From contig AP026125.1 in assembly GCA_030295235.1 (NCBI GenBank), forward strand, positions 186,001-250,000: 64,000 bases of DNA, in the 5' to 3' direction. Position numbers and translations under genes: made by a program. This document shows, in pieces, positions 45,044 through 56,745 of this stretch. The notes beneath the pieces were generated by a model that did no database searches, had not been told where the DNA came from, and worked only from the letters and a program-made list of their open reading frames with translations. Source of the DNA: Fistulifera solaris. Its lineage: Eukaryota. How positions within the stretch are numbered: the stretch's first letter is position 1; the number at the start of each line of letters is the position of its first letter.

Positions 45044-46111
45044 TTAAAATCGACTATCCAACTCTTTCCACAAATAACTGACCACTTTCTGTGAACAAAA
45101 CGACAAACTTTGAGCTAATTGAAGAGGCGTGCAACCATTTCCGTTCCGACGTTTGATGTGGTCGGGATTGAAAAGATTCAAGTGATGGATCGTTTTGAGA
45201 GCGGCGCTATGCATGACCGCCGTATGTAACGGTGTGTTTCCGTGTCGATCAACCAGTGTCGCTACACTGGGTCGCTTCAAAAGCATCATGTCCACCGAGG
45301 CGGTATCGTTCGGTTGGTGTCGTAGCAAAATGTGCAAGGAAGTAAGATTCGAGTGCTCTTGCTTTCCAAAGGCAAGGCCATCAAAGGAAGTGAGAACCGC
45401 TGGAGCCGCTGTGGCGAGACGTTCAATCACTTCCGCTGATGCTTGATATGAAATGGCAATGTTGAGAGGATATTGGTACGGTTCGGGTACGGTTCGGTCT
45501 TCAAGGCAACCCTTTTGAATGTTGTAAACTCTCTTGGTGGTGGTCAGACGGATAGGTCGTGATGCGGCTTGGGGATCTTTTCGGAGAATCTCTTCCAGTT
45601 CAGAAATGGTAGGACTCTTGCGACACGCGTGGTGCAAAGCGTCAAGTGCAGGCAGCGAAATATCTTTTTCGTTCTCTGTGGTTTCTTTCGCCTTCTTGGT
45701 TACAGGTTCCATCCCCTCTTTTTGGAGTATTTTCATGAATGCTTCGGAAGGTGCTCCAAATACAGAGGCCGCACGAAGAGTTCTGTCGTTGTTAGAGTTG
45801 GTGGAGATGCTTGTTTGCTTGGTGCGTGCCAACTCTTTCAAAGACTCGAAAGGTAAACTCCGTTTCTTCAAAGGAAGCGAAGTACTTGACAAGCCGATAT
45901 GGGACATGCTATTCATCGATACGAGTCGGACCTGTGTTTTTGAAGGATCGTCACGTGTCATGGTAGAACGGAGTCCATCATTCGTGTTGAGAGCACTCTC
46001 GGAATGGGGAGACAGTCTGTTCATGATGATAGTTTTATCGTCTGATGTTTCAGCGGTGGGGTGATTGTCTTCAATAAGAGTAAACGTCGCGTTTCTAAGC
46101 GTTTCGGCCAT
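45044..46111 (-). CDS. Ankyrin-repeat protein
   Basis: ALHHAC, YPLNIA, TSLHIL, GNTPLHTAV and GCTPLQLA motifs. Confidence 0.85.
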   Translation of the reverse strand: MAETLRNATFTLIEDNHPTAETSDDKTIIMNRLSPHSESALNTNDGLRSTMTRDDPSKTQVRLVSMNSMSHIGLSSTSLPLKKRSLPFESLKELARTKQTSISTNSNNDRTLRAASVFGAPSEAFMKILQKEGMEPVTKKAKETTENEKDISLPALDALHHACRKSPTISELEEILRKDPQAASRPIRLTTTKRVYNIQKGCLEDRTVPEPYQYPLNIAISYQASAEVIERLATAAPAVLTSFDGLAFGKQEHSNLTSLHILLRHQPNDTASVDMMLLKRPSVATLVDRHGNTPLHTAVMHSAALKTIHHLNLFNPDHIKRRNGNGCTPLQLAQSLSFCSQKVVSYLWKELDSRF

Positions 46112-47081
46112 GAGTGCGAATATATACGGAATTGATGTATTGCAACGTGTAGATTGCGATTGAACACCTTTCTTCGGCTTGACGACTTTTGTGTTTGTGG
46201 GACCACTTCATCAGGTGTGGCGTTGGATTGCAAGGAAAATTTGTGTGTTGTAATTGGTAATTTCCGGGAGTTACTCCGCTGAAACTTTAATCTCTACATT
46301 CTGCATCATACACCGTAATGTCTCTATTCGGACTTATTGAATTCCAGTCAAAAACACGGAGAATATCTTCCACCCTCTGTAGTTTTTACTTTGACCTCTC
46401 ACTTTTTACTGGACACTGGACACGCGAGGAAAAGGAAAGAGAAAGACGAAAAGACAGCGATCGCGATCATGCGATCAGGGACAGGGATCCGGGTTCCGCG
46501 ATTGATACTCACTAGAGTACACATCATGTTACGAGTCAAAATTTCGAATATCGACGACCGATGACCCGATGACTGATGACCTGATGACGATGACCCGCCG
46601 GCCCGTCGGCGTCCGGCGTTCGGGGGGAAAAGAAACTCTCATGATGATGATGATTGATGATTGCCGCGTGCTTAGTTATGAGCCACGTAGAACATGCTAT
46701 CAACTTTATTGAATCAGTGACATCGATCAAACATGAGACACGAGTGGTGACCGAAGGTCGAAAGGTCAAAGGCAAGTACGTTCTTGGTCGAGGGCCGATG
46801 GTGATGATGATCATCTCTCGTCATTGGTAAGTCATCTTTTACTCGGGTCCAAACGGGGAGTCCCGGGATTTCCATTACCCGAGCTGAAAAGTTGACATCG
46901 TAATAGACTCAGATCGCTCATGTCGTAGGTGAACAACGGCAGCGTTTTTAAGATTTGGAAAACGCTCAAAATCTCGTTGCTTCAAACGACTCCTCGTTCA
47001 CGGTATAGAACTATAGAAAGGTAATCAAAACAATAATCGTTCAATAAGGAAACAAGCTATTAATACAAATTATTAAGTCAT

Positions 47082-47429
47082 CTAAGCGGATCTAGCAGTC
47101 GAGCAACATCTTTCTGGATGCACCTTTTCGAAAGAGTATTGGACATCCAGTAATTGCAGGCGACGGTGCACATTCTTTTGCAGCTGTCGTGCTTCTGTTA
47201 AATGTTCCAGCCCTAAAAATGTTTGCCCTTTTGATTCGTGGAACTTTCCGACGCGCTTGAGTTCCAGTAAAGTATGGCACACTCGAAGGATCTTGTCGTA
47301 ATCCGATTTCGTGTACCAAACATCGTGCTTGTATTGGGAAGGCACTTTTTGAACGGCATGCACGAGCACTGTTTGGTCAAATGTGACCGATGGTCTTGTT
47401 GAACGACGAGCTGATGCTGACATTGACAT
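47082..47429 (-). CDS. Small diatom-type protein with SVTF...WY motif
   Basis: RPSVTFDQTVLVH...DVWYTKSDY...LGLE. Confidence 0.6.
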   Translation of the reverse strand: MSMSASARRSTRPSVTFDQTVLVHAVQKVPSQYKHDVWYTKSDYDKILRVCHTLLELKRVGKFHESKGQTFLGLEHLTEARQLQKNVHRRLQLLDVQYSFEKVHPERCCSTARSA

Positions 47430-47994
47430 TATGAAAGTGAAAAAGTTATGAATTTGAATTACTTCGGTTTGCGTTTGTGAGAGTTGTTCGTTTTTTTTTG
47501 TGAGAGCAAGGCGAAGGATAGAAAAAGAAATTTTTCTTGGTTTGTATTCTCATCTGAGTCCATTCTACTTTCTCTTCTATAGTCTCCCGGACAGCGCGAG
47601 AGAACCCTCCTTGTGTTCTTCGCTTCGTTCGGCTTTGAAGAACACAAAGCTTTTAGGCTTTTTGAATCCAAAAGGCCACACTTTCGGAAGCTTTTCCGAG
47701 TGCTGTGTTCTTCCGCTTGTACATTATGCTGTAGAGTAAACCTGGTTTTGATTTTCGAGTCCTGGATCGTTGGATTCTACGTTCTAAGTCCCGAGTCCTG
47801 AGTATGTGACCTTCGTTGAGCGTTGAGGCCCTGCCGGCGCGAAATCGAGTCAGCAACGACATGTGGCTCGCACGACATTCGCTCTCGATCGACTTATATG
47901 ACATTTATTGACATGCAATACGAGGCGCATTGGTTGACATTTTGGGTAGTCTCCTTGTGATTATACTTGCTGATCGATCATTTTTCACTCAACG

Positions 47995-49331
47995 ATGGTA
48001 TCCAGTGCCAGCAAATCAAACAATGACTGGTCGAGTGGCAAGGGACTGCTTCCTGGGCGCGAAGTGCTCGGTCCATTGATGCTGATGGCGAGTACGCCGT
48101 GCGTGAGCATCATCTTCTTTCACGTGTGCGCGAATATGCAAGGAAACTTTATTGCATTTGCCAGTATTTGTATGGAAAAGGTTTCTTTTCCTTTCTCAAC
48201 GAGATCTGGCCGAATCCTTGGAATCCGGTCGTTTGGAAATGGATTTTGACGTTCTTTGCGTTTCAGTTGTTTTTGATGAAAGCGGTTCCTGGAAAGACAT
48301 TCGAGGGCAATTTAACACCCACAGGGCACCGTCCCGTCTATACAGCCAACGGTACAGCGTGCTACTTAATTACACTATTCAGCATCCTCGTATTGGGCTA
48401 CACGGGTGCTTGGAATCCGGCTCAAATATATGATCACTTTGGAGAGATTCTTAGCAGCATGAATATCTTTGCGTGGTGTTTTTGCACTATGCTTCTCATC
48501 AAAGGATACGTGGCTCCCAGTTCGACTGACGGTGGAACCACGGGTATCCTCGTACAGGATTTCTTTTGGGGCATGGAATTGTATCCTCGCATTCTTGGTT
48601 GGGATGTGAAACTCTTCACGAACTGCCGAGCGGGGATGATGTTTTGGGCGGTTGGTATTCTCTGTTTTGCCTACAAGAATCACGAACTGTACGGCCTGCA
48701 AGCGGGTATGGCTGTATCCGTAGCACTTCAACTAGTTTACATCTCCAAGTTCTATCACTGGGAGATGGGATACATGTGCAGTATGGACATTCAACACGAT
48801 CGCGCTGGATACTACATTTGCTGGGGATGCCTTGTGTGGGTTCCTGCCGTTTACACAAGTCAGGCGTTCTATCTTACGACGAATGCACCGGACTTGAGTA
48901 TCGGGGCAGCGTTGGCGATTTTTCTGGCCGGTTGGCTATGCATTTTCATTAACTATGATTCCGATCAGCAACGTTTCTTGTTTCGACAAACCAACGGACA
49001 TTGCAAGATTTGGGGCAAAGTTCCGGACAAGATCGTTGCCAAATACAAAACCTCGAGCGGTCAGACACGTGAATCGCTCTTACTCGTCGATGGCTGGTGG
49101 AAATTGTCCCGCCATTTTCATTACGTTCCCGAGATTCTGGCTTCGTTCTTTTGGTCGGTCTCGGCCTTGAACAGTGGTTTCGTCGGTCCTTACTTTTACA
49201 CCATTTATTTGACAATCCTCTTGACGGATCGAGCCTTTCGTGACGATGACCGTTGCCGCAAAAAGTACGGTCGTCATTGGGATAAATATTGTGAGCAAGT
49301 TCCTTATAAGATTGTGCCGGGGGTCATCTAA
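47995..49331 (+). CDS. DHCR7: 7-dehydrocholesterol (sterol delta-7) reductase, one frameshift
   Basis: DFFWGMELYPRI, DVKLFTNCR.GM, MDIQHDRAGYYICWGCLVW, GWWKLSRHFHYVPE and RDDDRCRKKYG motifs. Missing A at 48176-48179. Confidence 0.95.
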
Positions 49332-49608
49332 ACTTGATTCACAGAGTGAATCTTTGCTGAACTACATATCAATGAGTTATAAACGTCCTAGAATGCTAGC
49401 AATCACTTCCATTATGATAGTGTCTATATACTTGTGATTCAATTTCTGCCTTTGGCCTATTTTTGAGATGAGTCTTTACACCTTGATGGCGACTACTTGT
49501 ACGCCAACGATAACATGCGGTTTCACCCTAGCTAGGCCCGCGTACTTTCGAAGCTATAGTAGAAAAGGACAAGGCGTCATCATCGCCTACAAAAAAAACA
49601 AAAAATAA

Positions 49609-49638
49609 CGAGAGACGAGACGAGACGAGACGAGAGAC
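49609..49638. repeat. (GAGAC)n short tandem repeat
   Basis: CGAGAGACGAGACGAGACGAGACGAGAGAC. Confidence 0.8.
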
Positions 49639-49752
49639 CGCGTTGCAATCGTTGTAGACGAAGGCGGAAACAAAACAACTATTTGTAAAACACCAACCTA
49701 TTTACCTGCATACCATCTACCAGTAGATAGCCTTCGCAGCGGAAACGGTAAC

Positions 49753-50690
49753 ATGAGTGAAAAAGACAAGATCATTCTGACATCGGCACCGCCGCCACTG
49801 CATTCGATCGCCGTCGTTTTCATCATGACGATTGTGTTTGTAAGACTCTTTCCTTCAATGGAATCTGTCGATCGAGTTGCTACAGTAGAAACCTTTACGC
49901 GACGTGTCTTTCCCGACCTGATCACCGTAGAGCAGATGGCGTACATCCGTTTGGTGATCGCGGGAGTTATCTGGACGACATCCTTTCACACGATGTTCCT
50001 TTCCCCCGGTTGGATCCAAACCACCAATTACCTGAAGGGAACGAGACTAATACGAGCCCCAAATACTTTGTACGGTATCAAAACGATGTTCCCATTTACT
50101 TCGTGGGCGTGGAATATGTTGGGGGTTAGCTTTACATTATCGGGTTACATTGCCCTGAAACAAGAAGCATCGCCACTGTTGTTACGGTCAGCTCTCTTTT
50201 TTTGGGAAGCTTCGGCTCCGTTCAGTTTCTTGGTGGCCACCGTGATTCGATACGCCATCTGGCCGGGCGTCCTTAAAGGAGATGGTGATACGACGAATTT
50301 AAAAAAGCTGCGCAACAAGTTGATGCACAATGCCAACGTTATGATGAGTCTCACCGAGGCCGCTCTTCTCGGAGGTTTACCCGTTCATTGGAACCATGTT
50401 TCGATCGGTCCCTTGGTCGGAGTGGCGTACATTCTGTTTACTTGGGCCATGTCCACATCGTGGAACGATACCTCGAAAGTGGGACCCCAGTTTATCTACT
50501 TCTTCTTTGACACAACGTTGCCAGGATACACACCCACCATTGCTTTGTTGGTGTTACTGTTTGTGCTCATGTTGTTTTTTAGTTTCTTTGCGGCGTGCGA
50601 CTTTCTACTTGGCTTGGTGCCGTTCGGAGTTGTTGGTCATGCACTTTTGCACTGGGACTCGGTTCGATCATGATGCGCTTTCGTGATTAA
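49753..50690 (+). CDS. Multi-pass membrane protein, possibly AIG1/FAR-17a-like
   Basis: About 7 TM helices with FTSW, MHNAN and IYFFFD motifs. Probable frameshift near the 3' end. Confidence 0.7.
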
Positions 50691-50803
50691 GCAACTAGCT
50701 TGCTTTCTAAGTTAAGCGATACTGTATTCAATCTCTTCTAGAAAGGCTCTATCTTGCAATATGATCGGATACAAATGTAGGTGTTAGGCCGCTGGGGCAT
50801 CTG

Positions 50804-52589
50804 TTATACTAGTCTTGTTCTGAGCAAGAGCTTCCAGGGCCGCTTGCTTTTCTTTTGACAGTTTCCACGCCATCCACAACATACCCGTAAGAGAGGATTG
50901 GGGTGTTCTTGAAGACACATAAAGGTATTGCTCGACGCTGACCCACAACCCGAGTATAAGTAGTCCGCCAACAAGATGTGAAAGTTGGAACAGCAGTTGC
51001 CGATGCTGTACCGAGGTTTCATTTGAAACATCAGTGAACTCATGGCCGATAGCATCACCTCATCGGCACCACCAAAACGGTGAGCCATTTTTAACAATCC
51101 CGTGTCCGGAGTCACATCTTTTGTGTTGGTCACAAATTTGAAGGTGTGTCGAAATTTCGTTTGTCGGTCCGTATTGTTCACGTAAGCGAGCTGATCTGCT
51201 AAAACAGATTTGCTTTCAGTAGTAAAGACAATGGTTGGATCAACATCGCTTTCGTGCTTGTTCGCTTGCCACAAATCATCCACTACTTGCATGTGCTCAT
51301 CAAATGAAAGGCATTCACTCTCTTTGAGACACTTATCGGAAGCTCGGATTGGGAGGCCGATGGATGCTTCCACGTTCAAGTCCTCGGGAACTACTTCGTC
51401 CAGTATGTTGTGAAGCTGCTCGTAGGCGATCGGATTTGGTCGCATGGCGTAGATTGCTGCCGCATGTGCCACCTTATGGGTGGATGCCGCGTAATGATAT
51501 CCTTCTCGATCGGCATCAAGTACCGCAATAGAATCAGCCGCTTTTCGCAGAATGGCAATGCGGGGATCGGTATCCGGTAGCTGGTCAATGATTTCGTGCG
51601 CCAATTTGGATAATTTCTCCATGACAGGTTTCGGTGTTGCTGGAAATGGCTGAAATAGCGAAACAACTCGTATAATACGGTCGTCCTTATGTTCTTCCGG
51701 CAGTAACCCTTCTCTCGTCAAAAACATTCTCGAATCATGCTTGGGCATTATCCACGCGCTGTTCAAGTCATCGATTGTCAGAACACATGGGGACGACGGG
51801 AAGAAAAAAGCATTGATGATCTCCTCGATCACACGATACCAGAGGCCAAGATGCCTTGCTAAACACGCTGGCTTCAGCTGGTGCTTTGTTGATGAACAGC
51901 ACAATCCGGTCTCTCAACAATCCCATCATGAGAGCAACGGCAGCCCCACCACGTATATTCGCCCCAATACCGATTCCGGCCAAATCAAAAATCGCATATT
52001 TAGCATCTCGACTGCATTCAAAATCAAAAGGACCAATGTCATGTTGTTCGAGCTCCGCCGCCGTACAGGTTGATCGGACTTTGGCTTCCCGTTGTGCCAA
52101 ACGATTTTGGTGATAATGAAAGGCCAGATACGACAATCGAACGGCCCATATGCGAACCGCTTCCGCGTCGTTGATATCGGTTTCGTCGGTGCGCGTCACA
52201 AAACGGGAGTCTTTCATACACATGGACTGACCCAGCAAATGGTGAGGCGCATCCAGTAAGTGATCCACATCGACCAACATTCGTCGCGTCATCTCGTCCG
52301 TGATGCCTTCGCGTATATTCCCAAACCGTGGTCCTTTCAACCACTCCTCTGAATTATATTGAAGACAAGAAGGTCGCTCGAGCTTAGGTGTTGTTGTTGT
52401 GTCAGGAACATCGTCGGCGGGTAATAGAACTGAAGCAATAACTTCTCGAACACGAGGGACATCGTAGGTGTATTCCGGTTGTAATGCAAATTGAATGCGT
52501 TCCAAATCCAGGAATATAAAGACGAAGCGCATGATGAGTACACTGGCAAACGCCGTCAAGAGTGCGGGGAAAGCACGACTTTCTGTCAT
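50804..52589 (-). CDS. Type II membrane FUT8/GT23-like glycosyltransferase (paralogue A), frameshifted
   Basis: N-terminal TM; GIGANIR, WPLVSC.R.DHQCFF.PSSPC, IGLPIRASDKC, IVFTTES and SNF motifs. Confidence 0.7.
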
Positions 52590-53055
52590 GATTGGCCTTT
52601 CTGTTGCGAGTGAGTATTCGATGCAATTACGGTAGATCGGTCGGGCTCGCACGAGACCGGCAATCGCGACCAGCTTTTACAAGGCTGCTGCTGAGAAGGG
52701 AGCACAGGGGACTAAATTATGCGTCGAAAATCGGTGCTTCGTGTCATCTTTCGTCAACCTCCGTTTTGTTGTTGTTGTGAAGAATGTCGGCGGGTCATTT
52801 TTGATTTGTTTTTGCACATGTTCGGGTCATCGGCTGGAAAGTGGCGTCTTATACGTGACCGAATTTGCGGGATGTTCCATGGGACTGAACGAAGACCCCA
52901 GCGCGCGACGGACGAACTGCGCTTCTCTTTGATTATTATATCTTTATTCATTCTTTTTGTGCTTGCTTTATTGTGCGGGAAACGTTGCTAATCATCTATT
53001 ATCGTCTCTTCTCACAATTCCTTTCCTTCTCAAAAGAGAAAGAATCTAAGCAAGA

Positions 53056-55362
53056 ATGGGATCTGAATGGGGCGAGGAGGTAAGAAATTCTCGGGAGGCT
53101 AGCAGGATCATAAATGAGAAGTTTAACGACGCGACTCATTTTTTCTTATAGCCCGATTGGTTCAGCGATGGCAGCGAGGATGAGGACGACAATACATCAC
53201 AAGACGACGACGGGGTACTGCATCTAGGATCCTTCCATTGCCTCATGCTGATTGATTGTGGATGCCCGGGAATGTTCGACCTTTGCCCCGCGTTGCAAGA
53301 CCCGAATTTGGAAGAAGAATTCCTGTCCCCGATGGATTTTTGTCGTACAAGCCGCTGAGGGAATGGTGCGATCGAAAATTAAATCCACCATGATTACTAA
53401 AACAGGAAAACGCGATGCCTTTGGGATTTTGCTGTACAATACCCGCTGTCGTCGTCCGGTGGATGACGAAGAACCGTCACGCGGCCAACACGACAGTGAC
53501 GATGAAGACGGCCATCTTCTCGTCGGCTCGGTGGGAACACGGGCCTCCACCGTTCATACATGGATTCCTCTCGAGCCACCGGGTGTATCTACCGTAAAAG
53601 CGCTACGGGTAGTCCAAGATGATCCTATTGTAGGACGCGAAAAATCACTCGAGGAATTGTATAACTTGACGAATGAGGATGAACCGGACGAATGTGATCA
53701 TGGCTGGTCCGAAAACCCTTTGCACACTGCGCTTTTGAAAGCCAAGGAAGTCTTTCAGTCTAGCAAGCACGTCAATCGAAAAACAAAGCAACAAATACCC
53801 GACACGAAGCAAATATGGATCTTTACGACCAACGATGATCCTTGTCAAGGAAACGAGCAACTGATCAACGTTGTCAAAACATCGATTGCCGATGCGCAAG
53901 AGGACGACATTCAGGTGTGTATTTGGCCGTTACCGTATGGTGATGTCAATGGTCACCCGCAAAAAACGGTACAACAATTTGATTACAAGAATTTTTATGA
54001 CGTTGTCGGAGCAGTGGCACCCCTCAAGAAAGACGATGATTTCCCTCAGTCGGACGAAGAGTTCAATACGACAACCGTCATCGAAGATATGCAGTATCGA
54101 TGGAAGAAGACAAATAAATCATTCGCTGTACCGCTCTTATTGCCGAATTGGAAAACAAACCGAGAGTACCCAGGAATATGGCTCGACGTCTTTAAACTGG
54201 TCCAAGTCGGGAGACGCCCTCTACGAGTACATGTACATCAGCAGACTGGTCGGTGAGTATACTATGTCGACATGTAATCTTTCTGTTTAGTATGTCGCTC
54301 TTACAATACACCCCTCATTGCCGTGTAAGATTGTTGACAAAGGTCGAACTCATCTCTAACAGCACCGGGCAGATTCTTTCGAAGAAAATCGGTGGGAAAG
54401 TAGTCGATCGAGCTGCCGCGTTGCAAGATCGAGTTATCAACTACGTTGAATTTGGTAATGAACGTGTTCTCATGTCCGATGAAGATAAGATGACTCTGAA
54501 GCAAGCGGCGAATGCCAATTCGGATTTCGCTAGTTTGATCTTACTCGGCTTCAAAGATGCAACGTCGATACCGGTGACGGACATGGTGGGGCAGTCATAT
54601 TTCGCTTATCCTAATGACGAGCACACAGCAGGAAGTAAAGATGCATTTGCTTATCTGCATGATAGTATGCTCCGAAAAGGAGTGTTAGCCATCGGAGAAA
54701 TGCTTTCGAGGAAGACATCCACGTCACGACAAGTAGCCATTTGGGCGCTGGAAGAAAGTGTCGACGAAGAAAGTGGTGTTGTAACACGCCCACCAGGTAT
54801 GATGATCTTAGAACTCCCTTTTGAAGAAGAAGTGCGACAAATAGGTACTGACGCCGCTGTAGAAGAGCTTTTGGTGACTGGTACAACTTTGGCGTCTCCT
54901 GATGTTGTTGATGCTTTCGCAGCTATTGTTGAAAAGCAAACATACGATAGTGTCCGGATTGGTCAGAACTTTGAGAATGCCGATTTAACCATGTTTTGGG
55001 ATTATGTCGAGCACGTGGCGCTAGGTTTACCGATGCCTGCCAAGCGGGACGAATGGGATATTATTCCGGATGAAGCTGCGATATCAAAGCTTGTTGAACA
55101 GGAAGTGGAAAAGGTGATTAGTCTTCTTCCGGAGGATGTCAAGCCTGAGAAGAAAAGTAAGCGGAAGAGAGAGCTGGTAGAAGATGACTCTGGTGTTGAT
55201 TGGGAAGCCGCCTATCACGAGGGTGCGCTGGAGAAATGTAAATTGGACGACATTAAAAAGAAACTAAGATCTCTTGGATTGAAAGTCGGTGGAAAGAAAA
55301 GTGAGCTACTAGAGAGACTCATGCCATTTCTTCATGAAGAGTTCGATGACAAAGAAAACTGA
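53056..55362 (+). CDS. XRCC6: Ku70 with vWA, core and C-terminal SAP domains; introns and one indel
   Basis: MLIDC..M, DAFGILLYNT, IWIFTTNDDP, LILLGFK, YPNDE...GS..AF..L..SML and PPG....LPFEEEVR motifs; SAP (DIKKKLRSLGLKVGGKKSELLERL). Confidence 0.92.
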
Positions 55363-55722
55363 ATTGGCGTGAATGTTATTCCTTCGCATGAATCTAGACT
55401 GCGCCGGCATAGCTTCGTGACTCTAGACTTGCATTCTGCGATTTCTTCTCAATACTAAGACTAGTCTGTAGACTAGCTGATATAAAGTATCGCTTATGCA
55501 CTAGGACGGCTTGATAAGATGAATATGAAAAGAGAGTGGAGGATAGGATGAGTCGCTCTAGCTGCCGTCTGTCCCTCGACAGACAGAGATTGCGACCAAT
55601 CATCGCAACCATTTTGATTTTTTTTTGAGAATCTTTCAACTCCTCGCTCTGTAGTCTGCTAAAGCATGGTAACAACAATCGGCAAGGCTGAGAAGGATTG
55701 AACTTAGCGCGTACTGCACAGG

Positions 55723-56684
55723 ATGAAGGATGAAGAGGTGAACCAGGAAGATGAAGTCGAAAGTGGCTCCGAGGAGGAGTCGACTTCTTCGGAAGAATCG
55801 GAGGACGACGATCTGGTGCTGGAAGGAGTTGTAATGCGAAATCCGGAAGTTCCATCCTCAGACGAAGATACCGAGGATGAGGATGAAAAAGATACTAAAC
55901 CTCGTTCGAAAGAGAAACGAAAGGAATCGGTGCACGAACAACAAGTAGGTAAAAAGAAGCGGAAGAAAACTGCCGACGATGAGGATCTGCAAGTCGAGTT
56001 TCTATTCTGTGACATGGACGAAAGTTCTTTCACGGTGTCAAAAGTCTTTTGAATAACAGCAGTACTATTTATCAAGCACACGCATCCAGTCTCGTCGATT
56101 TGATGATATCAAACGTGCAAGTAGGAACGGTTGTTTCCACCGAAGGAGATGAAGACGGCAATGTATTCGGCTTTGCTTCCGTTCTGAATGTAACAACCTA
56201 CCAGGATGCACCGTCCATCCAGTATTTGAAAGAAGTTTGTTTGAGTAATTGCCCGAAAGACCATAAAGAGGAGCTTGAAGTTGTACTTTCCGGGAAAACA
56301 AAACGACCAGCTGGTTTTCTAATACATGGACGAATGGTCAATCTGCCGCTCGAAATTGTAGATGTTTTGCATGATCAACTGGTCATGGATATGGACTGGG
56401 CAGTGAACAATGCTGAACCAGAAGACCGAAAGTCGTTTGACTTCGGCGCTTTTGTCATCTTAGCTCCTTGTCAGAAAGAAGGAGGGTCGATGGTGTATCG
56501 TTACTTTGATGACGAAATTTTTGCTGACAGAGCTGAATTCGTTTTCACTTTGGATGCCCCAAAAAGCTATTCCAAAGAGGAAAAGCAATACATCAATGTC
56601 ATCGTCTTGACTAAAACAGGCCACCGAGATGCAATGAATGATTTGAAAAAGATGATTCATGGAGCGATACCAGTGCAGTCTTAA
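55723..56684 (+). CDS. BCCIP: BCCIP/Bcp1 family protein, one frameshift
   Basis: Acidic N-terminus; LQVEFLFCD...FHGVKSLL, QVGTVV..E...VFGFASVLN and GFLIHGRMVNLP motifs. Confidence 0.85.
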
Positions 56685-56745
56685 GACAGATACCATTAGT
56701 GCTTTTTTAGGCAAAAACAATAGTCCAGAGGTAGGTATGTTGTGC

